Shown here: piece by piece, positions 51,101 to 62,587 of the stretch
How the letters are laid out: each line of letters begins with the position of its first letter
Numbering within the stretch: position 1 is the stretch's first letter
Assembly (NCBI GenBank): GCA_051313645.2
Contig: JBNRSN020000028.1
Coordinates: forward strand, 15,004,001-15,068,000
DNA length: 64,000 bases
Direction: 5' to 3'
DNA from: Centroscyllium fabricii
Lineage: Eukaryota
Translations under genes and position numbers: made by a program
Notes under the pieces: model-generated
Databases searched by the model: none
What the model was told of the DNA's origin: nothing
Seen by the model: only the letters and a program-made list of their open reading frames with translations

Positions 51101-54100
51101 TGTGTTGCCAGTGGGTCTTGTATTAGCAGGGTACGTGGAGAGGAGGGGATTGAGTGTGTTGTCAGTGTGTCTTCTATCAGCAGGTGTCCGTGGTGAGGAG
51201 GGGATTGAGCGTGTTGTCAGTGTGTCTTGTATTAGCAGGAGTCCGTGGTGAGGAGGGGATTGAGTGTGTTGTCAGTGTGTCTTGTATTAGCAGGAGTCCG
51301 TGGTGGGGAGGAGATTGAGTGTGTTGTCAGTGTGTCTTGTATCAGCAGGAGTCCGTGGTGAGGAGGGGACTGAGTGTGTTGTCAGTGTGTCTTGTATTAG
51401 CAGGAGTCCGTGGTGAGATGAGGATTGAGTGTGTTGCCAGTGGGTCTTGTATTAGCAGGGTACGTGGTGAGGAGGGGATTGAGTGTGTTGTCAGTGTGTC
51501 TTGTATCAGCAGGAGTCCGTGGTGAGGAGGGGATTGAGCGTGTTGTCAGTGTGTCTTGTATTAGCAGGAGTCCGTGGTGAGGAGGCGATTGAGCGTGTTG
51601 TCAGTGTGTCTTGTATTAGCAGGAGTCCGTGGTGAGGAGGGGATTGAGTGTGTTGTCAGTGTGTCTTGTATCAGCAGGAGTCCGTGGTGAGGAGGGGATT
51701 GAGTGTGTTGTCAGTGTGTCTTGTATCAGCAGGAGTCCGTGGTGAGGAGGGGATTGAGTGTGTTGTCAGTGTGTCTTGTATTAGCAGGAGTCCGTGGTGA
51801 GATGAGGATTGAGTGTGTTGCCAGTGGGTCTTGTATTAGCAGGGTACGTGGTGAGGAGGGGATTGAGTGTGTTGTCAGTGTGTCTTGTATCAGCAGGAGT
51901 CCGTGGTGAGGAGGGGATTGAGCGTGTTGTCAGTGTGTCTTGTATTAGCAGGATTCCGTGGTGAGGAGGCGATTGAGCGTGTTGTCAGTGTGTCTTGTAT
52001 TAGCAGGAGTCCGTGGCGAGGAGGGGATAAAGTGTGTTGTCAGTGTGTCTTGTATTAGCAGGAGTCCGTGGTTAGGAGGGGATTGAGTGTGTTGTCAGTG
52101 TGTCTTGTATTAGCAGGGGTCCGTGGTGAGGAGGGGATTGAGTGTGTTGCCAGTGGGTCTTGTATTAGCAGGGGTCCGTGGTGAGGAGGGGATTGAGCGT
52201 GTTGTCAGTGTGTCTTGTATTAGCAGGAGTCCGTGGTGAGGAGGGGATCGAGTGTGTTGTCAGTGTGTCTTGTATTAGCAGGGGTCCGTGGTGAGGAGAG
52301 GATTGAGTGTGTTGTCAGAGTGTCTTCTATTAGCAGGAGACCGTGGTGAGCAGGGGATTGAGTGTGTTGTCAGTGTGTCTTGTATCAGCAGGGTCCGTGG
52401 TGAGGAGGGGATTGAGTGTGTTGTCAGTGTGTCTTGTATTAGTAGGGGTCCGTGGTGAGGAGGTGATTGAGTGTGTTGTCAGTGTGCCTTGTATTAGCAG
52501 GGTCCGTGGTGAGATGGGGATTGAGTGTGTTGTCAGTGTGTCTTGTATTAGCAGGAGTCCGTGGTGAGCAGGGGATTGAGTGTGTTGTCAGTGTGTCTTG
52601 TATCAGCAGGGTCCGTGGTGAGGAGGCGATTGAGTGTGTTGTCAGTGTGTCTTGTATTAGTAGGGGTCCGTGGTGAGATGGGGATTGAGTGTGTTGTCAG
52701 TGTGTCTTCTATTAGCAGGAGTCCATGGTGAGGAGGGGATTGAGTGTGTTGTCAGTGTGTCTTGTATTAGCAGGAGTCCGTGGTGAGATGAGGATTGAGT
52801 GTGTTGCCAGTGGGTCTTGTATTAGCAGGGTACGTGGTGAGGAGGGGATTGAGTGTGTTGTCAGTGTGTCTTGTATTAGCAGGAGTCCGTGGTGAGGAGG
52901 CGATTGAGCGTGTTGTCAGTGTGTCTTGTATTAGCAGGAGTCCGTGGTTAGGAGGGGATTGAGTGTGTTGTCAGTGTGTCTTGTATTAGCAGGTGTCCGT
53001 GGTGAGGAGGGGATTGAGTGTGTTGTCAGTGTGTCTTCTATCAGCAGGAGTCCGTGGTGAGGAGGGGATTGAGTGTGTTGTCAGTGTGTCTTGTATTAGC
53101 AGGAGTCCGTGGTGAGATGAGGATTGAGTGTGTTGCCAGTGGGTCTTGTATTAGCAGGGTACGTGGTGAGGAGGGGATTGAGTGTGTTGTCAGTGTGTCT
53201 TGTATCAGCAGGAGTCCGTGGTGAGGAGGGGATTGAGCGTGTTGTCAGTGTGTCTTGTATTAGCAGGAGTCCGTGGTGATAAGGCGATTGAGCGTGTTGT
53301 CAGTGTGTCTTGTATTAGCAGGAGTCCGTGGTTAGGAGGGGATTGAGTGTGTTGTCAGTGTGTCTTGTATTAGCAGGGGTCCGTGGTGAGGAGGGGATTG
53401 AGTGTGTTGTCAGTGTGTCTTGTATCAGCAGGGTCCGTGGTGAGGAGGGGATTGACTGTGTTGTCAGTGTGTCTTGTATTAGCAGTAGTCCGTGGTGAGG
53501 AGGAGATTGAGCGTGTTGTCAGTGTGTCTTGTATTAGAGGAGTCCGTGGTGAGATGGGGATTGAGTGTGTTGTCACTGTGTCTTGTATTAGCAGGAGTCC
53601 GTGTTAAGGATGGGATTGAGTGTGTTGCCAGTGGGTCTTGTATTAGCAGGCTCCGTGGTGAGGAGGGGATTGAGTGTGTTGTCAGTGTGTCTTGTAGTAG
53701 CAGGAGTCCGTGGTGAGGAGGGGATTAAGCGTGTTGTCAGTGTGTCTTGTATTAGAAGGAGTCCGTGTTGAGGAGGGGATTGAGTTTGTTGCCAGTGTGT
53801 CTTGTATCAGCAGGAGTCCGTGGTGAGGAGGGGATTGACTGTGTTGTCAGTGTGTCTTGTATTAGCAGGAGTCCGTGGTGAGATGAGGATTGAGTGTGTT
53901 GCCAGTGGGTCTTGTATTAGCAGGGTACGTGGTGAGGAGGGGATTGAGTGTGTTGTCAGTGTGTCTTCTATCAGCAGGTGTCCGTGGTGAGGAGGGGATT
54001 GAGCGTGTTGTCAGTGTGTCTTGTATTAGCAGGAGTCCGTGGTGAGGAGGGGATTGAGTGTGTTGTCAGTGTGTCTTGTATTAGCAGGAGTCCGTGGTGG

Positions 54101-57100
54101 GGAGGAGATTGAGTGTGTTGTCAGTGTGTCTTGTATCAGCAGGAGTCCGTGGTGAGGAGGGGACTGAGTGTGTTGTCAGTGTGTCTTGTATTAGCAGGAG
54201 TCCGTGGTGAGATGAGGATTGAGTGTGTTGCCAGTGGGTCTTGTATTAGCAGGGTACGTGGTGAGGAGGGGATTGAGTGTGTTGTCAGTGTGTCTTGTAT
54301 CAGCAGGAGTCCGTGGTGAGGAGGGGATTGAGCGTGTTGTCAGTGTGTCTTGTATTAGCAGGAGTCCGTGGTGAGGAGGCGATTGAGCGTGTTGTCAGTG
54401 TGTCTTGTATTAGCAGGAGTCCGTGGTGAGGAGGGGATTGAGTGTGTTGTCAGTGTGTCTTGTATCAGCAGGAGTCCGTGGTGAGGAGGGGATTGAGTGT
54501 GTTGTCAGTGTGTCTTGTATCAGCAGGAGTCCGTGGTGAGGATGGGATTGAGTGTGTTGTCAGTGTGTCTTGTATTAGCAGGAGTCCGTGGTGAGATGAG
54601 GATTGAGTGTGTTGCCAGTGGGTCTTGTATTAGCAGGGTACGTGGTGAGGAGGGGATTGAGTGTGTTGTCAGTGTGTCTTGTATCAGCAGGAGTCCGTGG
54701 TGAGGAGGGGATTGAGCGTGTTGTCAGTGTGTCTTGTATTAGCAGGATTCCGTGGTGAGGAGGCGATTGAGCGTGTTGTCAGTGTGTCTTGTATTAGCAG
54801 GAGTCCGTGGCGAGGAGGGGATAAAGTGTGTTGTCAGTGTGTCTTGTATTAGCAGGAGTCCGTGGTTAGGAGGGGATTGAGTGTGTTGTCAGTGTGTCTT
54901 GTATTAGCAGGGGTCCGTGGTGAGGAGGGGATTGAGTGTGTTGCCAGTGGGTCTTGTATTAGCAGGGGTCCGTGGTGAGGAGGGGATTGAGCGTGTTGTC
55001 AGTGTGTCTTGTATTAGCAGGAGTCCGTGGTGAGGAGGGGATTGAGTGTGTTGTCAGTGTGTCTTGTATTAGCAGGGGTCCGTGGTGAGGAGAGGATTGA
55101 GTGTGTTGTCAGAGTGTCTTGTATTAGCAGGAGTCCGTGGTGAGCAGGGGATTGAGTGTGTTGTCAGTGTGTCTTGTATCAGCAGGGTCCGTGGTGAGGA
55201 GGGGATTGAGTGTGTTGTCAGTGTGTCTTGTATTAGTAGGGGTCCGTGGTGAGGAGGTGATTGAGTGTGTTGTCAGTGTGCCTTGTATTAGCAGGGTCCG
55301 TGGTGAGATGGGGATTGAGTGTGTTGTCAGTGTGTCTTGTATTAGCAGGAGTCCGTGGTGAGCAGGGGATTGAGTGTGTTGTCAGTGTGTCTTGTATCAG
55401 CAGGGTCCGTGGTGAGGAGGCGATTGAGTGTGTTGTCAGTGTGTCTTGTATTAGTAGGGGTCCGTGGTGAGGAGGTGATTGAGTGTGTTGTCAGTGTGCC
55501 TTGTATTAGCAGGGTCCGTGGTGAGATGGGGATTGAGTGTGTTGTCAGTGTGTCTTCTATTAGCAGGAGTCCATGGTGAGGAGGGGATTGAGTGTGTTGC
55601 CAGTGGGTCTTGTATTAGCAGGGTCCGTGGTGAGGAGGGGATTGAGTGTGTTGCCAGTGGGTCTTGTATTAGCAGGAGTCCGTGGCGAGGAGGGGATTAA
55701 GTGTGTTGTCAGTGTGTCTTGTATTAGCAGGAGTCCGTGGTTAGAAGGGGATTGAGTGTGTTGTCAGTGTGTCTTGTATTAGCAGTGGTCCGTGGTGAGG
55801 AGGGGATTGAGTGTGTTGTCAGTGTGTCTTGTATCAGCAGGGTCCGTGGTGAGGAGGGGATTGAATGTGTTGTCAGTGTGTCTTCTATTAGCAGGAGTCC
55901 GTGGTGAGGAGGAGATTGAGTGTGTTGTCAGTGTGTCTTGTATTAGCAGGAGTCCGTGGTGAGGAGGGGATTGAGTGTGTTGTCAGTGTGTCTTGTATTA
56001 GCAGGAGTCCGTGGTGGGGAGGGGATTGAGTGTGTTGTCAGTGTGTCTTGTATCAGCAGGAGTCCGTGGTGTGGAGGGGATTGAGTGTGTTGTCAGTGTG
56101 TCTTGTATTAGCAGGAGTCCGTGGTGAGATGAGGATTGAGTGTGTTGCCAGTGGGTCTTGTATTAGCAGGGTACGTGGTGATGAGGGGATTGAGTGTGTT
56201 GTCAGTGTGTCTTGTATCAGCAGGAGTCCGTGGTGAGGAGGGGATTGAGCGTGTTGTCAGTGTGTCTTGTATTAGCAGGAGTCCGTGGTGAGGAGGCGAT
56301 TGAGCGTGTTGTCAGTGTGTCTTGTATTAGCAGGAGTCCGTGGTGAGGAGGGGATTGAGTGTGTTGTCAGTGTGTCTTGTATCAGCAGGAGTCCGTGGTG
56401 AGGAGGGGATTGAGTGTGTTGTCAGTGTGTCTTGTATCAGCAGGAGTCCGTGGTTAGGAGGGGATTGAGTGTGTTGTCAGTGTGTCTTGTATTAGCAGGA
56501 GTCCGTGGTGAGATGAGGATTGAGTGTGTTGCCAGTGGGTCTTGAATTAGCAGGGTACGTGGTGAGGAGGGGATTGAGTGTGTTGTCAGTGTGTCTTGTG
56601 TCAGCAGGAGTCCGTGGTGAGGAGGGGATTGAGCGTGTTGTCAGTGTGTCTTGTATTAGCAGGAGTCCGTGGTGAGGAGGCGATTGAGCGTGTTGTCAGT
56701 GTGTCTTGTATTAGCAGGAGTCCGTGGCGAGGAGGGGATAAAGTGTGTTGTCAGTGTGTCTTGTATTAGCAGGAGTCCGTGGTTAGGAGGGGATTGAGTG
56801 TGTTGTCAGTGTGTCTTGTATTAGCAGGGGTCCGTGGTGAGGAGGGGATTGAGTGTGTTGCCAGTGGGTCTTGTATTAGCAGGGGTCCGTGGTGAGGAGG
56901 GGATTGAGCGTGTTGTCAGTGTGTCTTGTATTAGCAGGAGTCCGAGGTGAGGAGGGGATTGAGTGTGTTGTCAGTGTATCTTGTATTAGCAGGGGTCCGT
57001 GGTAAGGAGAGGGTTGAGTGTGTTGTCAGAGTGTCTTGTATTAGCAGGAGTCCGTGGTGAGCAGGGGATTGAGTGTGTTGTCAGTGTGTCTTGTATCAGC

Positions 57101-58617
57101 AGGGTCCGTGGTGAGGAGGGGATTGAGTGTGTTGTCAGTGTGTCTTGTATTAGCAGGGTCCGTGGTGAGGAGGCGATTGAGTGTGTTGTCAGTGTGTCTT
57201 GTATTAGTAGGAGTCCGTGGTGAGGAGGTGATTGAGTGTGTTGTCAGTGTGTCTTGTATTAGCAGGGTCCGTGGTGAGATGGGGATTGAGTGTGTTGTCA
57301 GTGTGTCTTCTATTAGCAGGAGTCCATGGTGAGGAGGGGATTGAGTGTGTTGCCAGTGGGTCTTGTATTAGCAGGGTCCGTGGTGAGGAGGTGATTGAGT
57401 GTGTTGCCAGTGGGTCTTGTATCAGCAGGGGTCCGTTGTGAGGAGCGGATTGAGTGTGTTGTAAGTGTGTCTTGTATTAGCAGGAGTCCGTGGTGAGGAG
57501 GGGATTGAGTGTGTTGTCAGTGTGTCTTGTATTAGCAGGGGTCCGTGGTGAGGAGGGGATTGAGGGTGTTGTCAGTGTGTCTTGTATTAGCAGGAGTCCG
57601 TGGCGAGGAGGGGATTAAGTGTGTTGTCAGTGTGTCTTGTATTAGCAGGAGTCCGTGGTTAGGAGGGGATTGAGTGTGTTGTCAGTGTGTCTTGTATTAA
57701 CAGTGGTCCGTGGTGAGGAGGGGATTGAGTGTGTTGTCAGTGTGTCTTGTATCAGCAGGGTCCGTGGTGAGGAGGGGATTGAGTGTGCTGTCAGTGTGTC
57801 TTCTATTAGCAGGAGTCCGTGGTGAGGAGGAGGTTGAGTGTGTTGTCAGTGTGTCTTGTATTAGCAGGGGTCCGGGTTGAGGAGGGGACTGAGTTTGTTG
57901 TCAGTGTGTCTTGTATTAGCAGGAGTCCGTGTTGAGGAGGGGATTGAGTGTGTTGTCAGTGTGTCTTGTATTAGAGGAGTCCGTGGTGAGATGGGGATTG
58001 AGTGTGTTGTCACTGTGTCTTGTATTAGCAGGAGTCCGTGTTAAGGAGGGGATTGAGTGTGTTGCCAGTGGGTCTTGTATTAGCAGGGTCCGTGGTGAGG
58101 AGGCGATTGAGTGTGTTGGCAGTGTGTCTTGTATCAGCAGGTGTCCGTGGTGAGGAAGGGATTGAGTTTGTTGCCAGTGTGTCTTGTATCAGCAGGAGTC
58201 CGTGGTGAGGAGGGGATTGAGTGTGTTGTCAGTGTGTCTTGTATTAGCAGGAGTCCGTGGTGAGATGAGGATTGAGTGTGTTGCCAGTGGGTCTTGTATT
58301 AGCAGGGTACGTGGTGAGGAGGGGATTGAGTGTGTTGTCAGTGTGCCTTGTATCAGCAGGAGTCCGTGGTGAGGAGGGGATTGAGCGTGTTGTCAGTGTG
58401 TCTTGTATTAGCAGGAGTCCGTGTTGAGGAGGGGATTGAGTTTGTTGCCAGTGTGTCTTGTATCAGCAGGAGTCCGCGGTGAGGAGGGGATTGAGCGTGT
58501 TGTCAGTGTGTCTTGTATTAGCAGGAGTCCGTGTTGAGGAGGGGATTGAGTTTGTTGCCAGTGTGTCTTGTATCAGCAGGAGTCCGTGGTGAGGAGGGGA
58601 TTGAGTGTGTTGTCAGT
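45143..58617 (+). repeat. 54/55-bp satellite array, segment 4
   Basis: Same monomer; ends abruptly at ...TGTCAGT (58617). Confidence 0.99.
47460..52501 (+). repeat. Tandem duplication, period 2521 bp (47460-49980 / 49981-52501)
   Basis: ORF pairs are offset by 2521 (47703/50224, 48487/51008, 49822/52343). Shared private variants GTACGTGGAGAGG, GGGGATCGAG, CTTCTATTAGCAGGAGACC. Confidence 0.9.
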
Positions 58618-59067
58618 CGCCTCGAGGGTACAATTAAAATCTCCCCCGAGGATGATGCACTCGCCGCCGTCGACAGAGCTCAGAAGAGCGGACACTTCTT
58701 CAAAGAAGCGCACTTGCTGCGCACCGATCTGAGGGGCATACACGTTCACAAGATGGAGCGGCACGCCCCCGTGATGAACAGTGACCTGGAGCAAGCGGCC
58801 CGGCACGTGCTCCTTGACCCTCAATATCTCCGGCTGAAAATGTGGGGACAGCAAGATAGCCACCCCGCTGGACATGTTGGAGAGGTGACTCATGCTGACC
58901 CCTCCTTGCCACTCCAGGAGCCACGTGGCCTCGTCTCCCGGAACGGTGTGGGTTTCTTGCAGGAAGCACACCGCATACTTCCCGTCCCGAAGGACCGAGA
59001 ATTTGTTATATCTACTGTATGCCTCCCTGCTGCCGTTGATGTTAAGGCTAGCTATGGTTATCTTCAT
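58618..59067 (-). pseudogene. Tx1 ORF2 N-terminal apurinic-like endonuclease fragment, truncated
   Basis: MKITIASLNING, FLQETH, SSGVAILLS, LVNVYAP, ILGGDFNCTLEA, then runs straight into satellite; no RT domain. Confidence 0.92.
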
Positions 59068-59092
59068 ATCAGCAGTCTAATACTAATTTTTC

Positions 59093-61276
59093 CTATCGGG
59101 GAGAAGGAGCGCAATCCTTGGATATACGCTCCTTCTTCCGCAGCCCATTGAGGAACTTCTTGAGCCGGCGCAGCTCGAGGTCATTATCGCCCCTGTCCGC
59201 GGCCAAGGTTTTAATGGCGACGCGGACAGATAAAATGAGCGGCGCCAGCTCCGACCACCTTTCGATGGCCTGACGGACTAGTTTTTGGTGACCCAGGCGC
59301 ACGGCCACAAATTTCCGGAGCGCCGCCACGGGGATGAGGGGAGACTCGGCGGGGGGCTCGGGGCCGTCCACCACCTCATCGGTGATGAACTCCAGATCAT
59401 CGTCCGCGCCCGGCTCCGAGTCCTCGTCCTCCTCCGGAAGGCCACCACCGGCGTCCGATCCATCAGCCGCGCATAACGCGACTAACGGCTCGGCCGCACC
59501 GTCTGACCCTACCTCTGTCTCGATCCCACCCCCAGGATCGGTAGCAGAGGAGTCCTCCCTGGGCTCCACCAGGGGTGCCGGGCCAGAGGGGGGCAGCAGT
59601 TCGGGGCTCCCCTCCTCCTCAAGCGCCGGAGAGCACGGAGAGACGGGGATGTATTCATATATTATCTTCTCCTGTGCGTCCGACGCCGATGTTGAGGGAG
59701 GGGTGAAGGAGCCGTCACCTTCCCCGCCACCAACCACTGACCCAGCTTGTAGGGTATCCTGGCTTAGACTCTCGACCATATCGAGCAGCTCCTGGACAAT
59801 ACCGTTTTTGTTTTGGGCGAGGTCTATCCCTTCGACCTAGTCCACCCCTGTCTCCAGGACGCCCGACCCGTCGAGGTAAATTTGTTCCCCTTGAGGGTTT
59901 TGGTATTGCAGAGGTTGTTCCGCGTCCCCCCCCTCGGGCAGGGCCATATCCCCATCGCCGGGAGACACGGGCGGGGCAATCTCATCCGCCCCACTCTCCC
60001 GCAAGACAGGCGACCCCCGCCCGTCTTTTACAACTATAGTGATTTTGGGAGGGGGCGCGGAGCACGACGACTCCGCTCCCTCGGGGGGACCGTCCTCATG
60101 ATCACGGCCCCCCTGCTGACCCTGGGAGTCGAAGTCCTGCTTCCTTTTTATCCCGAAGGGCCACTGAGCGGGGGTGACCTCCATTTCTTCTAAGGCCACC
60201 CCCTCCTCTGTTCCCCCCGGCTGAATAGTTGTTTCGGGCCCCTTTTATCCGAGCCCTGCCGCAGTTGTTAGGTTTTCTGCCATGGCAGTGGCGGCCGCAG
60301 GCTCAGACTCGGGGCCCTCCTTGCTCCCATATTGATCCACCAGACCCTTGATGTAATCGGGAGTCATGGCTGGCAGGTCCTGCTGTTGGGCATCCCCTTC
60401 TAGGGGACCCTCCCTCCTTTGTTTTCTTTTGTTCCGCGCCTTCTTTCTGGCCGGACATGTTTCCTCCCCCCCGCCGGAGGCCGTGATGACATTGGCCTCC
60501 GACGACTCCCGCGCACCGGACTTCCAAGACACGCGGCCTGACTCTGGGGGATGAGCGGCGCCGGTGCCATTTTTGGCCGCACTATTATTGGCGGCCTTGG
60601 AGGCGGGGCAGTTCCTCCTGATATGCCACACCTCCTTACATGCATGGCACCGCACGTTGTCCGTCGTCCAGAAGACGCAGTAGGCGGTCCCCTGGTACAG
60701 CACGGGGAACGCGCCATCAGTGTCCTCCTCCCGCGCCAGCTGCATAAAATCTGACGCCGCAAGGAGAAGACGTGGCGAAGGCTGGCCTCCCGGAACCCGA
60801 GCGGGATGGGCGTTATCCCCGATCTCACCTCCCCAAGTTTGCGTAGGTGGGGGAGGAGGAGCTCACCGGGAATATAGGGCGGGATGTTTGAGAGGACCAC
60901 CCTCTGCCCGGCGGCCTCAAGAGGGTCCACCGACAGGAAGGTGCCGCCCACGGTGAGCCCTTGTTCGATGGCCAGGGCCGCCGCCCGCTCAGATTTCAGG
61001 AAGAACACAGCCTTCCCATACATTTTAGAGGCCGCGACGATGGCTGAGGGGCCGACCACCCCAGCCATGGCCTTGACGCATGCCTCTATTGTCATTGATG
61101 GGTGAGCGTAGCTCCGCACCCCCAGTTTCCTTGTTAGTAGCCGGAAAGGTGACGGGGCATCAGGGGCAGCCGTGGTCTTGGCAGTGGATGCCACGGTTGC
61201 GTATGTTCCCGATGTCCCCGCCACCAGCGAAGATGTTGTCGCTATGCTACCAGGTGGGGAGGGGGTTTGGAGCCAT
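59093..61276 (-). pseudogene. Tx1 ORF1 (gag-like, zinc knuckle), disrupted
   Basis: Track pieces 60400-61224, 60245-60745, 59837-60199 and 59093-59779 join via a 1-nt frameshift at ~60746-60749 and in-frame stops at 60245-60247 and 59837-59839. Likely ATG at 61276 is out of frame across a G-run. CHACKEVWHIRRNC knuckle present. Confidence 0.85.
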
Positions 61277-61494
61277 GCTCACCCCAAGTCACAGGCCTTA
61301 GAGTTTAAAATGGCCTCAGATTGTTTTATTTGATTTTCCTCTTGAGCAGAGGGGGGGGGGTGATTAGATAAAGACACACCCCTCCCCTTGATGACAGAAG
61401 GGGGCTTAGGGGCCTTCTCCCCTCTACTCAATTGGCAATAGAAAAAATGAAAGGAAAGGAAATAATTGAGGCGCCTCTAGGGAAAGAGGCAGAC

Positions 61495-61518
61495 AGAGAG
61501 AGAGAGAGAGAGAGAGAG
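61495..61518 (+). repeat. (AG)12 microsatellite within the putative Tx1 5' UTR
   Basis: Direct read of the sequence. Confidence 0.95.
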
Positions 61519-62120
61519 GGGTGGTGGGAAGGAGGGAGACCACAAGGGTTGGGTCCCCACTCAGGATGGATGGGTGGGTGGGTGTTGACTAAAGCAGGGT
61601 GCACTCTGCGATGGAAAAAGAAACCCCGGATGATGGTCTTCTGGTGGGGGGAGAAGATGTCTTCACCTGGGATAGCTGGAGATGCCCAGGCTCAGTCCAC
61701 ACCAGGTCTTTAAATATGTTCGATTAATCAAAGACTTCACCTAGGCAGCTCCAGCTGTCCCAGGCCAGGCAATAGAAGGGGTGTTTTTAGTGGTGTGCGT
61801 GGCCTAGTTTGAATAGAAACCACACACAGACACACACACCCCTTGATGGTCCGGCCTTCTGGTCTTCTTTTCACCCCCTCCCACAAATAAACACAGTCTT
61901 TGAGAGAGTGCACCTAATGAAACAACACCCACCTTCAGATGGTTATTCTCCCTCCTTCCGAGCAGTTGGTGATGATGATATCTTCCTCACCCCTCTCTCC
62001 CTCTCCCGAAATGGAGGCCAATCTGGAAGGCAATGATGGGAAGGCCTCAATGTTGTTGTTTTTGCCGGATGCTTGGCCTCCCTTTCCTCTCCTCCGTCCT
62101 CTCTCCCGAGGCACCTCTGC

Positions 62121-62587
62121 TTTACAAAGTATTCGAAGGGATGAATCCCAGCACTGAGTTCAGCAGTAAATTTAACTCTTCTGTAACTGAGCTTCAGGTG
62201 GCAGAACGCAATGTCCAGAATGTAGGCAACCGTAGTTCTCCGAAGTCCGCTCCACAGCTAAGACTCACTCTACCCGAGTTTCCAGAAGAGAATACATCAT
62301 CTACAAGGCAGGGGAACGCCCAAACCCATTGCCTCTCCAGGAGCTCAGACAGCAACCACTCCTTCGTAGTAATGAGTAGTAAGTAGAATGATCCGGCCAC
62401 TGCCTGGTCTCAGCACCCAGCTTATAAGCCGACTAGATAGATTAGTGCTAACCAATAAGAATGCAGGTATAGAGAACGAGGAACCCACAGGTATGTGCAC
62501 AGGTAATTGAGGTATAATGAACCAAAACAGAGAACAAAACATAGAATTCCAAAATGGATTCCTTAAAGGGGAATGCCATCTGTGACA
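62121..62587 (-). mobile_element. Partial LTR of a second Ty3/Gypsy (sushi-like) family; 3' end missing, left boundary approximate
   Basis: Minus strand begins TGTCACAG at 62587 exactly at the satellite junction. It has ATTGG (62456-62452), TATAA (62426-62422) and GCCGGATCATTC starting 29 nt after the TATA, the same layout as the 23444 LTR but different sequence. Confidence 0.65.

Larger units (their letters stand above)
58618..62120 (-). mobile_element. Tx1-clade non-LTR retrotransposon, 5' part only (5' UTR, ORF1, start of ORF2); right boundary approximate
   Basis: ORF1 has Tx1-type motifs (LTRKLGV, AASKMYGKAVFFL, VVLSNIPPYIP, CCHC knuckle), followed 25 nt later by an APE endonuclease ORF2. 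The upstream region is low-complexity and purine-rich on the coding strand near 62060-62120. Confidence 0.85.

Noticed and set aside
58531-61301. Plus-strand ORFs (206, 168, 126 aa and others) over the Tx1 region
   Set aside because: Antisense shadows of GC-rich Tx1 ORF1/ORF2; the 206-aa one begins in satellite sequence.
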